Source: an uncultured Candidatus Micrarchaeota archaeon (GTDB lineage: Archaea > Micrarchaeota > Micrarchaeia > Anstonellales > Bilamarchaeaceae). Taken from it: a stretch of DNA of 64,000 nucleotides. Positions 56,037-64,000 of the stretch are shown here, in pieces. The stretch is from NCBI GenBank assembly GCA_963714085.1, contig OY970229.1, positions 546,595 to 610,594 of the forward strand, read 5' to 3'. The first letter of the stretch is position 1. Each line of letters starts with the position of its first letter. A program made the translations under genes and the position numbers. The notes below the pieces were generated by a model. It did no database searches. It worked only from the letters and a program-made list of their open reading frames with translations, and had not been told where the DNA came from.

Positions 56037-56924
56037 ATGCTCGTAGACGAGCTGGAGGAGAGGGCCTTTGGGCTGAAGCAGAAGAAAGACGACCTGAGGA
56101 ACCTCTACAGGCAGTACCGGCAGTTCTATTCGAAGGATATCAGGGACGAGATGGCGGTGAGGAAGGCCGAGATCGCGAAGATGCGCGCAGAGGCCGCGGA
56201 GCTGGTCTGGGAGAGCCTCCAGGAGCTGCTCCTGATAAAGCGGTACTTCCCGGAGCTCTATGCCATGCTGCTCGACGACCCGGGCATAGGCGACGTGATA
56301 AGGCCCAGGAACTGGCTCGTGGACCGGAAAGAGGAGAGCCGGGAGCCTGCCGAGAAGCGGCTCAAGGACATAAAACGGCGCAGGCACGAGCTCAGGGAGG
56401 CCAGGAAGTTCGTGGACAAATGGCCGGGCAAAGAGCTGGACGAGAGGTCGCTGGTCGCCACCTGGCCCGCGCTCAAGGGGACGATAAAGGGGGACATGCA
56501 CAAGTCGGACGCAGTCTCGGCCATAGACAAGAGGCAGAAGGAGCTTGTGCGGGAGGGCTGGACTGTGCTGCTCAACGCCTCCATGATAGCCGGGCCGCTG
56601 AGGAGGTTCCTTGCCAGGACCCAGAAGCTGAAGTCCGAGGAGCTCGCGAAACAGGTGGAGATGACCGGTGCGAAGGGCAAGGGCTCGGTCAAGGAGTACG
56701 AGGCCAAGAAGGCGTATGAGAAGGCGAAGGCGGACAGGGAGCGCATGGAGCGCATCTGCAGGCACCTGCTGCTCGCCAGCCCGCTGTTCCTGGAAGCCAT
56801 GAAGAAGGAGCTGAAAGCCGGCAAGAAGGACAAGGGCGAGCTAGAGCGGATAGTGGCGTCCACCTCGGTGAGGAAGATAAACGAGCAGGAATGGCTCAAA
56901 GAGATGCGCAAAAGGCTCGGTTAG
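56037..56924 (+). CDS. Hypothetical charged helical protein
   Basis: Abuts the EndoIV stop; host codon usage. Confidence 0.78.
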   Translation: MLVDELEERAFGLKQKKDDLRNLYRQYRQFYSKDIRDEMAVRKAEIAKMRAEAAELVWESLQELLLIKRYFPELYAMLLDDPGIGDVIRPRNWLVDRKEESREPAEKRLKDIKRRRHELREARKFVDKWPGKELDERSLVATWPALKGTIKGDMHKSDAVSAIDKRQKELVREGWTVLLNASMIAGPLRRFLARTQKLKSEELAKQVEMTGAKGKGSVKEYEAKKAYEKAKADRERMERICRHLLLASPLFLEAMKKELKAGKKDKGELERIVASTSVRKINEQEWLKEMRKRLG

Positions 56925-57430
56925 TTCGTCTTTATCCTGTCTATGCGCCTGGCCAGGTCCTCCTTGAGCGCCTTGCTCACGAGAGGGTCCTTCCTGAAGA
57001 ACATGACGTAGAAGTTCCTGAGCATGGACTTGGTGCGCTCCTTGTCCAGCGCGAACGCCCGCTTCAGGTAGACCGCGCTCCTCGGGTCGTCCATGAACAT
57101 GTAGCACACCGCGGCGTAGAAATTGGAGAGTAGGTCGCTGCCGTCCAGCCTCAGCGCCTCGCTGAAATCGGCCAGGGCGTGCTCCAGCTCGAAGCGCTCA
57201 AGCCGCGCTATGCCTTTCATCCGGTAATATAGCGGGGCGCGCTTGATCGAGAGGGCGTGCTCGAACGCCTCGAGCGCGTCGTCGTAGTTCCTTAGCTTGA
57301 GGGAGACCAGCCCGCGGAGGTACCATAATTCGTCGGTCTCGCGCTCCTGCAGGAGCCGAGCGAGGGCCCTGCCGGCCTCCCGGTATTTCTCGGCTGCGAT
57401 GAGCGCCTTGGCTCCGCTTACGTCTGCCAT
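56921..57430 (-). CDS. TPR protein
   Basis: WYLRGLVSLKLRNYDDALEAFEHAL and YYRMKGIARL..FELEHALADFSEAL units. Confidence 0.85.
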   Translation of the reverse strand: MADVSGAKALIAAEKYREAGRALARLLQERETDELWYLRGLVSLKLRNYDDALEAFEHALSIKRAPLYYRMKGIARLERFELEHALADFSEALRLDGSDLLSNFYAAVCYMFMDDPRSAVYLKRAFALDKERTKSMLRNFYVMFFRKDPLVSKALKEDLARRIDRIKTN

Positions 57431-57490
57431 GGTTTGATATCGGATGATTCCTTTATAAATGGTTTTGGACAAAAGTAAATGGGGTAAAAA

Positions 57491-57790
57491 ATGGAAATTA
57501 GCAGGGAAAAACCGGCCGTCGGTAAGGCGGTTGCCGAGAACGAGCAGCTCCGGGCAGTCCCAAGGAAAGCGCTTCCAGGAGCCAAGCCGGTGCTACGCGA
57601 GGTCGGCCATGCTCCGGAGCAGATCCACGAGAGGCTGGCGAAGAATTACCAGTGTGCCTCGGAGAGCACCTCCAAGACCTGCCTCGCGGCGGACCGCAGC
57701 ATGGAAATCGCCGCGAATATGGATTACTACAAGGTCAAGATGGGCAGGCCGCTCCATGAGAGGTTCGCTGGCTTTTTGGCATCGGTCTGA
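57491..57790 (+). CDS. Small hypothetical protein
   Basis: 99-aa ORF filling the gap, behind a TTTATAAA box. Confidence 0.55.
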   Translation: MEISREKPAVGKAVAENEQLRAVPRKALPGAKPVLREVGHAPEQIHERLAKNYQCASESTSKTCLAADRSMEIAANMDYYKVKMGRPLHERFAGFLASV

Positions 57791-58756
57791 TCATTCCAGC
57801 TCTATCGTTCCCGGCGGTTTGTTCGTGATGTCGTAGGTCACGCGCCCGACATCGCGTATCTCATTCGTGATTCTTGTCGATATCTTCTGCAGCACTTCGA
57901 AAGGGACGTGCGAGAAGTTTGCGGTCATGCCGTCGAGAGAACGCACCGCGCGGACAACGACCGTGTACTGGTACGCCCTCTCGTCGCCCCGCACGCCCAC
58001 GGTCTTGGACGGGAGCAGGGCGGCGAAGTACTGCCACGGGATCTCCATCTTCTTCTCCGCTGCGGCTTTCTCCAGCTCGTCTTCCACTATGGCACAGGAG
58101 TCCTGCACTATGCGCACCTTGTCTTTGGTCACCTCGCCCACTATGCGCACCGCGAGCGCGGGGCCTGGGAACGGCTGGCGCTCGCATATCGCAGCTGGCA
58201 GGCCCAGCGCCCTGCCCACCATACGCACTTCGTGCTTGTAGAGCTCGCGCAGCGGCTCGCACAGCTTGAGGTCCATCTTCTCCGGCAGCCCGCCGACGTT
58301 ATGGTGGGACTTTATAGTGTCCCTCCCAAGGCCGCCGGACTCTATCCAGTCCGGCGCGATGGTGCCTTGTATCAGGAACTTGGCGCCGGATTTCTCCGCC
58401 TCCCTTTCGAATATGCGGATGAACAGCTCGCCTATGGCCTTCCTTTTCCTCTCCGGCTCGGTCACGCCCGCGAGCGCGCCCAGGAACTCCTTCTCAGCGT
58501 CCACAACCATGAGGCTTATGCCGGCGGACTCCGCGGCGGCCTTCACCCGCCCGGTCTCGCCTTTCCTCATGAGGCCGTTGTCCACGTACACCGTGACCAG
58601 CTGGCCCGGGATCGCCCTGGACGCTATCGTGGCGGCCACGAACGAGTCCACCCCTCCGGACACCGCGGTGATTGCAGTAGACCTCCCCACGGTGGCCTTT
58701 ACGTATTCCTCTGCGCGTTTTATGAATTTGTCTGGGTCGAAAGGCAAATCGCTCAC
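57791..58756 (-). CDS. guaAB: GMP synthase, ATP-pyrophosphatase subunit B
   Basis: SGGVDS, DNGLMRKGE, PERKRK.IG, QGTIAPD.IES, IKSHHNVGG, PFPGP, KPPGTIE. Confidence 0.96.
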   Translation of the reverse strand: MSDLPFDPDKFIKRAEEYVKATVGRSTAITAVSGGVDSFVAATIASRAIPGQLVTVYVDNGLMRKGETGRVKAAAESAGISLMVVDAEKEFLGALAGVTEPERKRKAIGELFIRIFEREAEKSGAKFLIQGTIAPDWIESGGLGRDTIKSHHNVGGLPEKMDLKLCEPLRELYKHEVRMVGRALGLPAAICERQPFPGPALAVRIVGEVTKDKVRIVQDSCAIVEDELEKAAAEKKMEIPWQYFAALLPSKTVGVRGDERAYQYTVVVRAVRSLDGMTANFSHVPFEVLQKISTRITNEIRDVGRVTYDITNKPPGTIELE

Positions 58757-59568
58757 CCTGTGGAGTTAGTAGCGTTGAGAATGGCCGTGGAGTTGGTTGA
58801 CAGACCCGGGATGTTGCCCAGGTTCGGCAGTCCCGTGGCGTTCATGCTGAGCAGGGTAGTGTTCATGCCGGACATGCCGAATGTGGCCGTGAAGTTGGGC
58901 CCCAGGCCGTATTTCGTTACTGCCACCTGCAGCAGGATGTAGGCGACCAGCGTGGCCAGGAAGACCAATAGCGCTATCACCAGGGAAGGGATGAACTTGG
59001 TCTTGTGCACGTCCATGAGTATCTTGGCCTGGACGAAGATCCCAAGGTACACAACCATCACCAGGTAGACGAGCCCGAAGAACAGGAGCACGCAGGGCAG
59101 GAATATGCCAACCACGAGCGCCACGGGTATCATCAGCGAGGATATGCCCAGCGCGAGCGCGATGTAGGAGGACATGAAGTACTGCTGCGCGTATGTCCCC
59201 TTGCCGCGGACCGCCTTCATCAGGAGGAACATGACCCCCTGCTGGATGAAAGAGCCCAGGAACAGGAAGGGGAGCGTTATGAGGCCGAAATACACCAGCG
59301 AGCTGACGAGGAAGCCGGTGGTTATGGTCGGCTTCGTGGTGATCACGAGCGACGCCGCCGAGGTCGCGTCGTAGACGAGCATGAGGTATACCACGGAAAG
59401 CGCTGCGAGGGCGAACGACGAGACCAGGAAGATGAGGATTCCCACGAGGAAATTCCGCACTCCGGTCGGCAGCTTCGCCCTGGGGAGCTCGTCCCTGAGC
59501 GTGGCGTCGACGCTCATGAAGTCGAAAAGAGATGCCAGTGCCCTGAAAACGCGCTTGACCCCCATCAT
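58753..59568 (-). CDS. Yip1-like multi-pass membrane protein
   Basis: About five TMs with a GKGTY loop; N-x-T-rich C-tail; start reset to ATG 59568. Confidence 0.75.
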   Translation of the reverse strand: MMGVKRVFRALASLFDFMSVDATLRDELPRAKLPTGVRNFLVGILIFLVSSFALAALSVVYLMLVYDATSAASLVITTKPTITTGFLVSSLVYFGLITLPFLFLGSFIQQGVMFLLMKAVRGKGTYAQQYFMSSYIALALGISSLMIPVALVVGIFLPCVLLFFGLVYLVMVVYLGIFVQAKILMDVHKTKFIPSLVIALLVFLATLVAYILLQVAVTKYGLGPNFTATFGMSGMNTTLLSMNATGLPNLGNIPGLSTNSTAILNATNSTG

Positions 59569-59625
59569 ATCACAGTGATAGCTAGGAGCAACGCTCTTAA
59601 ATAAATTTGTGTCGCTCATTTCCCC

Positions 59626-60873
59626 ATGCGCATCGTTGCAGACCTCCATGTCCACTCGAAATACGCGAGAGCCACCAGCCCTAACAACGACCTGGACGGG
59701 CTCGCGCGCGGGGCGAAGCTCAAGGGAATAGACGTCATCGCCACCGGGGATTTCACCCACCCTGCCTATTTCAACGAGATAAAAATGATGCTCGCGGGGA
59801 AAGATGAGGGCACGGGCCTGTACCCCCATGGTGGAGTGCGCTTCATCCTCTCCACCGAGATAAGCCTCATCTATTCCTCCAAGCTCGGGTCCAAGCGCAT
59901 GCACCACCTGGTGCTCGCGCCGTCGCTCGATGTCGCTGCGCAGATAAACGACGAGCTCGGCAAGCGGGGCAACCTCTCTAGCGACGGCAGGCCCATACTC
60001 GGGCTCTCGTCCCCGGAGTTCGCGGACGTGCTGTTCGGCATCTCCCCTGACGTGATGATAATCCCTGCCCATGCCTGGACGCCGTGGTTCTCCGTGTTCG
60101 GCTCCATGTCGGGAGTGGACACCATGGAGGAGGCGTTCGAGAGCAACGCCAAAAGGATATTCGCGTTCGAAAGCGGTTTAAGCAGCGATCCTGCGATGAA
60201 CTGGATGCTCAGCCGCCTTGACAAATACTCGATCGTCTCCAATTCCGACGCGCATTCGCTGGACAAGCTGGGGCGGGAGGCGAACGTCTTCGAGCTCAAG
60301 GAACCGTCTTACGCGGCGATACGCGACGCGATAAAGACGAGGAATGGTTTCGTGAAGACCTACGAGTTCTACCCGGAGGAGGGAAAGTACCACTACGACG
60401 GCCACAGGGACTGCAATGTCCGCTGGAGCCCGTCCGAGACCAAGAGCCATAACGGCATCTGCACGGTGTGCAGGAAACCGGTGACGGTCGGCGTCCTCAA
60501 CCGCGTCGAAGCGCTCGCGGACAGGAAGCCGGGTTTCAGGCCCGAGGGCGCGGTCCCGTTCCAGTACATCGTGCCGCTGCGCACCGTGATCTCGAAGGTG
60601 CTCGGCAAGGGGGAGGCGACTAACGCGGTCGCCCTGGAGCATGATCGGATGGTGCGCTATTTCGGAAGCGAGTTCGCGGTCTTCGAGAGCGACGAGAACC
60701 GCATACGCCTGGCCGCGACCCCGGAGATCGCGGACGCGGTGATGAAGGTGAAGAACGGGGACGTCCGCTGGCTGCCCGGCTATGACGGCGTATTCGGCGA
60801 GCTGGTGCTGGACGACAAGGATATCACCAAGGGCGTTTCGGACAAGAAGCAGACTAGCCTGGGCGACTTCTGA
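59626..60873 (+). CDS. endoQ: Endonuclease Q family (PHP + Zn finger)
   Basis: DLHVHSKY.RATS, TGDFTHP, PAHAWTPW, E.GLSSD, SNSDAHS, GKYH.DGHR.C, CTVC, PGYDG.FG; PIP-like QTSLGDF. Confidence 0.92.
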   Translation: MRIVADLHVHSKYARATSPNNDLDGLARGAKLKGIDVIATGDFTHPAYFNEIKMMLAGKDEGTGLYPHGGVRFILSTEISLIYSSKLGSKRMHHLVLAPSLDVAAQINDELGKRGNLSSDGRPILGLSSPEFADVLFGISPDVMIIPAHAWTPWFSVFGSMSGVDTMEEAFESNAKRIFAFESGLSSDPAMNWMLSRLDKYSIVSNSDAHSLDKLGREANVFELKEPSYAAIRDAIKTRNGFVKTYEFYPEEGKYHYDGHRDCNVRWSPSETKSHNGICTVCRKPVTVGVLNRVEALADRKPGFRPEGAVPFQYIVPLRTVISKVLGKGEATNAVALEHDRMVRYFGSEFAVFESDENRIRLAATPEIADAVMKVKNGDVRWLPGYDGVFGELVLDDKDITKGVSDKKQTSLGDF

Positions 60874-60875
60874 CC

Positions 60876-61331
60876 TTACAGGTTCTCTATGGTCTCGTAG
60901 CTTATGACGGTGCGCGCATCGCCGACGGTTTTCTGCCTCCTCAAGTCGCCTGCGAGCATGCCGTTGAGCTCCTCCATGGACGCGACCCGCGCCTTGAAGA
61001 TGATGTCGAAATCGCCGGCCACCATAGACGCCTCGCATATGTTCGGCATGGCGGCCACCTGCTCGAGCAGCTTCCTCTGGTCTATTCCCGGCACTGTTTT
61101 CAAAAGCACGTAGGCCACCAGGGGCCTGCCGAGCTTGGCGTAGTCCACGGAGATGGTATAACTTCTTATCACGCCAAGCCCGCGCAGTTTCCCCAGGCGG
61201 TTGTGCACGGTGGTCATGGGTATGCCGGTCTTCCCTGCCAGTTTCTGCTCGGACAACTTGGAGTCCTTTCGGAGCTCCCCCAGCAGCATGAGGTCTTTCT
61301 TGTCGAGTGTTTGATTGGTTTTATTGACCAT
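60876..61331 (-). CDS. Lrp/AsnC transcriptional regulator
   Basis: LDKKD..LL..L, HTH TTVHNRL.KL...GVI, AGDFD. Confidence 0.92.
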   Translation of the reverse strand: MVNKTNQTLDKKDLMLLGELRKDSKLSEQKLAGKTGIPMTTVHNRLGKLRGLGVIRSYTISVDYAKLGRPLVAYVLLKTVPGIDQRKLLEQVAAMPNICEASMVAGDFDIIFKARVASMEELNGMLAGDLRRQKTVGDARTVISYETIENL

Positions 61332-61443
61332 TAACGGAGCATTTAATCACAAAGATTTAAAAATATGGTAGAAATATTCCAAGAGATTGCTTATGCTAAA
61401 TGCTAGTAGGGACGTTGCATAAATCTTAGTTCGCCACTGCGAA

Positions 61444-61902
61444 TTAGCCTGGCCGAAGCCTCTTGAACAGCCTGTAAGTTCTCCCGTAATTTCTGAAAAC
61501 GACCTGCCTGACGACCCTGTATCCGTTCTTTTTGTAGAACCCGACCGAGTTGACCGCGCAGTGCGCCCTTATCGCCTTGAATCCTTTCTTCTTCGCGATT
61601 CGTTCTATAGCCGCGAGCAGTCTGGTTCCGATGCCCCTGCCCTGGCGGGCCGGCTCTACGAAGAAGGCGCTGATCCAGCCATCCTTTGTCAGATTCACGG
61701 TCCCGACTATCGTTTTACCATCCTCTACGATCAGCATGTCCCGTTCCAAAGCCCTTTTGACGACTTCCCTCGGCCGGTTTTCCGCGATGATGAAGTCGAT
61801 GACTCTTTTGGGATAATGCTTAGCGTTTGCTTCTCTCAGCGTCCTGATGACGCATCTGCTCGTAGCACTGGCATCCCCTACCCTGAAACGGCGGATACGC
61901 AT
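61444..61902 (-). CDS. GNAT acetyltransferase
   Basis: FVEP..QGRGIG..LL, N.V.FYKKNGY. Confidence 0.9.
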   Translation of the reverse strand: MRIRRFRVGDASATSRCVIRTLREANAKHYPKRVIDFIIAENRPREVVKRALERDMLIVEDGKTIVGTVNLTKDGWISAFFVEPARQGRGIGTRLLAAIERIAKKKGFKAIRAHCAVNSVGFYKKNGYRVVRQVVFRNYGRTYRLFKRLRPG

Positions 61903-61972
61903 GCTGGATTACGCTTTTCCAATCTTTTAAAATCTGCGTATCAGTCTGATGGATTCGTATCAAACCGCGCCT

Positions 61973-62548
61973 TCACCGGAACATCCTGTTCAGGATCGGG
62001 ATTATGTAGAACGAAGCGACGAATCCCGCGAGTCCCCCTGTGAGCAAGCGAATGAGGTTCGTGCTCTCATACGGGAAGCCGAGCAGGTTTATGCCGATAT
62101 CCGAAAGAAGCTGGATCGTGCCGTCGATGCCTATGGGGATCAGTGCCGCTATGAGGATGGACGGCGGGAGTATCTTCTTATCTTCCAGCTTGAAAAACAG
62201 CGGGTAGGCGAACGCGCCCAGGAGCATGGCGAGATAGATGCCTATGTCCCTGGCGCACACCGGGAACTTGAAGCCCGTCACCCCGTTGCGGACCTCGGAG
62301 AGGATCACCCCGTCATTGGACACGAAGGTCCCGTTCTGCGGCGTGCAGTCTCGTATGGAGAGTCCTTTGCCCTCGAAGAGGCAGAGCGAGCGCGATATCT
62401 TCTGGTGGCATGTGAACGCGAATCCGCCGTAGAGGGATTTGGCGAGAGGCAGGTCGGATAAGGCCAGGAACGGCGTGATCGCTATCAAGATCAGGAAGAC
62501 CAATAACAGCCCTACGTATATCCCGTATATTATCTTCGGCCTCTCCAT
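61973..62548 (-). CDS. DUF2085-family membrane protein
   Basis: CHQ..SRS, PVCARD.GIY, P..IDG..Q, YESTN..R..TG. Confidence 0.88.
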   Translation of the reverse strand: MERPKIIYGIYVGLLLVFLILIAITPFLALSDLPLAKSLYGGFAFTCHQKISRSLCLFEGKGLSIRDCTPQNGTFVSNDGVILSEVRNGVTGFKFPVCARDIGIYLAMLLGAFAYPLFFKLEDKKILPPSILIAALIPIGIDGTIQLLSDIGINLLGFPYESTNLIRLLTGGLAGFVASFYIIPILNRMFR

Positions 62549-62627
62549 GGTATAACCTCAGTCTGCGAAGCCTTTAAATAAGATTCGGAAAATAAGGGGT
62601 TATTAGTCATAACGACCAGGTGATGTA

Positions 62628-62903
62628 ATGACGACAAAACTTTCCAGGATGTATGGAATGGACATCTTTTCGGACTCGGGCAAATTCCTCGGCAACGCGC
62701 AGGACTTCATAGTCGATGTCGAGAGCGGAGAGGTCTCCAGGATACTCATCGAGCAGCTCCCGTCTTCGAAGGATGAGGCTAAGAAGGCGCTGAGGGACAA
62801 ATCGATCCTTTATGCGAACGTCAAGTCCGTCGAGGACGTGATCGTGGTCACGAAGGGCATGAGCGTATCTTCGAAGGCCGCCGAGACACCCTCCTTGGAA
62901 TAA
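62628..62903 (+). CDS. PRC-barrel protein (CdpB-like candidate)
   Basis: LS.MYG.DIF.D.G..LG...D.I.D...G.V, I.Y..V.SV.DVI.V. Confidence 0.85.
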   Translation: MTTKLSRMYGMDIFSDSGKFLGNAQDFIVDVESGEVSRILIEQLPSSKDEAKKALRDKSILYANVKSVEDVIVVTKGMSVSSKAAETPSLE

Positions 62904-62924
62904 GCTCCAGCAAAAGGTCTGAGG

Positions 62925-63131
62925 ATGGCAGGCACCCTGATAAAGATAATCGTGGGCATAGGCTCACTGGCTATCGGCATCGGAGTGACTTATTTTTATT
63001 CAATGAACTGCTTGAAACCGGTCTGCCCGCTGCCCACTGACGAGGGCACTCTTATCCTGATAGGAGTGATCATGACCGTGTTCGCGTACATAGCGCTCTA
63101 TTTCATGACCAAAGGCGCCAGCAGCGGCTAG
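62925..63131 (+). CDS. Small two-TM protein with a CxxxxC loop
   Basis: Two hydrophobic helices; GAGG upstream. Confidence 0.65.
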   Translation: MAGTLIKIIVGIGSLAIGIGVTYFYSMNCLKPVCPLPTDEGTLILIGVIMTVFAYIALYFMTKGASSG

Positions 63132-63143
63132 AACCACCGGCTT

Positions 63144-63626
63144 TTACAAGGAAAGCATTCCGGACAGCTTCTTTTTCAGTTTCGCATCCGGCAGCACGAG
63201 CACCATGCCTTTCTGCGGCTGGCCGTAGACTATGGCGTCGTCCTTGCCCGCGGCCAGGACGAATGCGAGCGCGGTGAGGTCCTCCTCTCCGATGATGAGC
63301 ACCCCACCCCCTTTCCCGAGAAGCATGGGGGCGTCCGCGATTATGCTCTCTGAAAGCGTGCCGGGCGGATTCTCGTATGTCTCCGGATGCGGGTACTCCG
63401 AGCGCAGGAGAGCAGAATCATCCGGTCCGATATCATGCCTCATGGACCTGAAATCGAAAACCGCGAGGTGCGGCTTCGTCCCGGCACGCAGCAGCGCGAG
63501 CGTGCATGCGTCACCGACGGACACCAGCCGGCGGCCCGCGGCTATCTGCAGTAGCTCCTTCGCGCTGCCGCATAGCCTGCCCAGGGGCGTCCTGAGCTCA
63601 TCCCTCATGCTGTCCGATATAATCAT
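63144..63626 (-). CDS. GTP-dependent dephospho-CoA kinase (DUF359)
   Basis: R..L..PLG, SVGD, D.RS.R, NPPGT, GEEDL, YGQP..G. Confidence 0.9.
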   Translation of the reverse strand: MIISDSMRDELRTPLGRLCGSAKELLQIAAGRRLVSVGDACTLALLRAGTKPHLAVFDFRSMRHDIGPDDSALLRSEYPHPETYENPPGTLSESIIADAPMLLGKGGGVLIIGEEDLTALAFVLAAGKDDAIVYGQPQKGMVLVLPDAKLKKKLSGMLSL

Positions 63627-63679
63627 ACAAGGTGCTTAGCCTGATGCAAATTAAAACAGTTGGTCTTGCTTAATCGATC

Positions 63680-64000
63680 ATGAAACCTGGCTTGGGCACC
63701 GATGCGAAGATACTGGGCCTGGCGGGATTCCTGGCGAATGCGTCCACGGAGATGCTGGTCCCGCTGCTGCCCCTGTTCCTAACGAAAGTGCTGCTCGCGC
63801 CAGTGCTCGTCGTCGGCCTGATGGAGAGCCTTGAGGGGTTCGTGACCGGCATCCAGGGTTTCCTCTCCGGGCTGCGTCCGGACGGCGGAAAGAAGCGCAT
63901 GGTGGCCGGCTACTCGCTCTCGGCGATTGTGAAAAGCCTGCTTGCCTCGGCTTCTGCCTGGCCGCAGGTGGCCCTCATAAGGGTGCTCGCCGGGTTCGGG
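63680..64000 (+). CDS. MFS transporter, 5' part (runs off the window)
   Basis: Manual translation MKPGLGTDAKILGLAGFLANASTEMLVPLLPLFLTKVL...GYSLSAIVK...IRVLAGFG. Confidence 0.8.
   Translation, partial: MKPGLGTDAKILGLAGFLANASTEMLVPLLPLFLTKVLLAPVLVVGLMESLEGFVTGIQGFLSGLRPDGGKKRMVAGYSLSAIVKSLLASASAWPQVALIRVLAGFG

Noticed and set aside
7573-60873. Many DNA repair genes (FEN1, PolX, Mre11, ligase, EndoIV, EndoQ) as one system
   Set aside because: They are dispersed over 53 kb in separate transcription units; all are known families.
1-64000. CRISPR array, cas genes, integrase, transposase or provirus
   Set aside because: No repeat-spacer pattern and no recombinase, transposase or capsid motifs recognised; no duplicated tRNA 3' end noticed by eye.
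1-64000. Stop-codon reassignment, selenocysteine or pyrrolysine
   Set aside because: TAA, TAG and TGA all end conserved genes at expected lengths; no in-frame stops in recognised proteins.

Overview
Gene-dense archaeal chromosome segment with roughly 55-60% GC by eye. It encodes archaeal ThrRS, class I LysRS, FEN1, aMBF1, RpoE1/Spt4, uS7/uS12/eL40 and BHB-intron tRNAs. A DPANN (Micrarchaeota-like) origin is inferred, not proven, from the scrambled gene order, non-canonical tRNA introns and many orphans. Most of the window is housekeeping: translation, DNA repair (FEN1, PolX-PHP, Mre11, ligase, EndoIV, EndoQ), purine synthesis (PurM, PurH, GMP synthase B), inositol lipid synthesis and SecDF. 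There are five tRNAs, three with introns, including one at 59/60 and one double-intron gene. No CRISPR array, integrase or transposase was recognised. The best novelty candidates are: (1) a five-gene orphan operon (48362-53357) with two paralogous single-pass proteins built as TM helix, Pro/Cys linker and a TonB/AgmX-like C-terminal domain; (2) a PPR-like repeat protein next to a beta-CASP RNase and tRNA-Asp; (3) a uS12 with substitutions at near-universal decoding-centre residues; (4) a catalytically degenerate stand-alone LAGLIDADG protein; (5) a glycine-zipper orphan with a fresh 99-bp duplication. All family calls come from motif recognition by eye; no searches were run.
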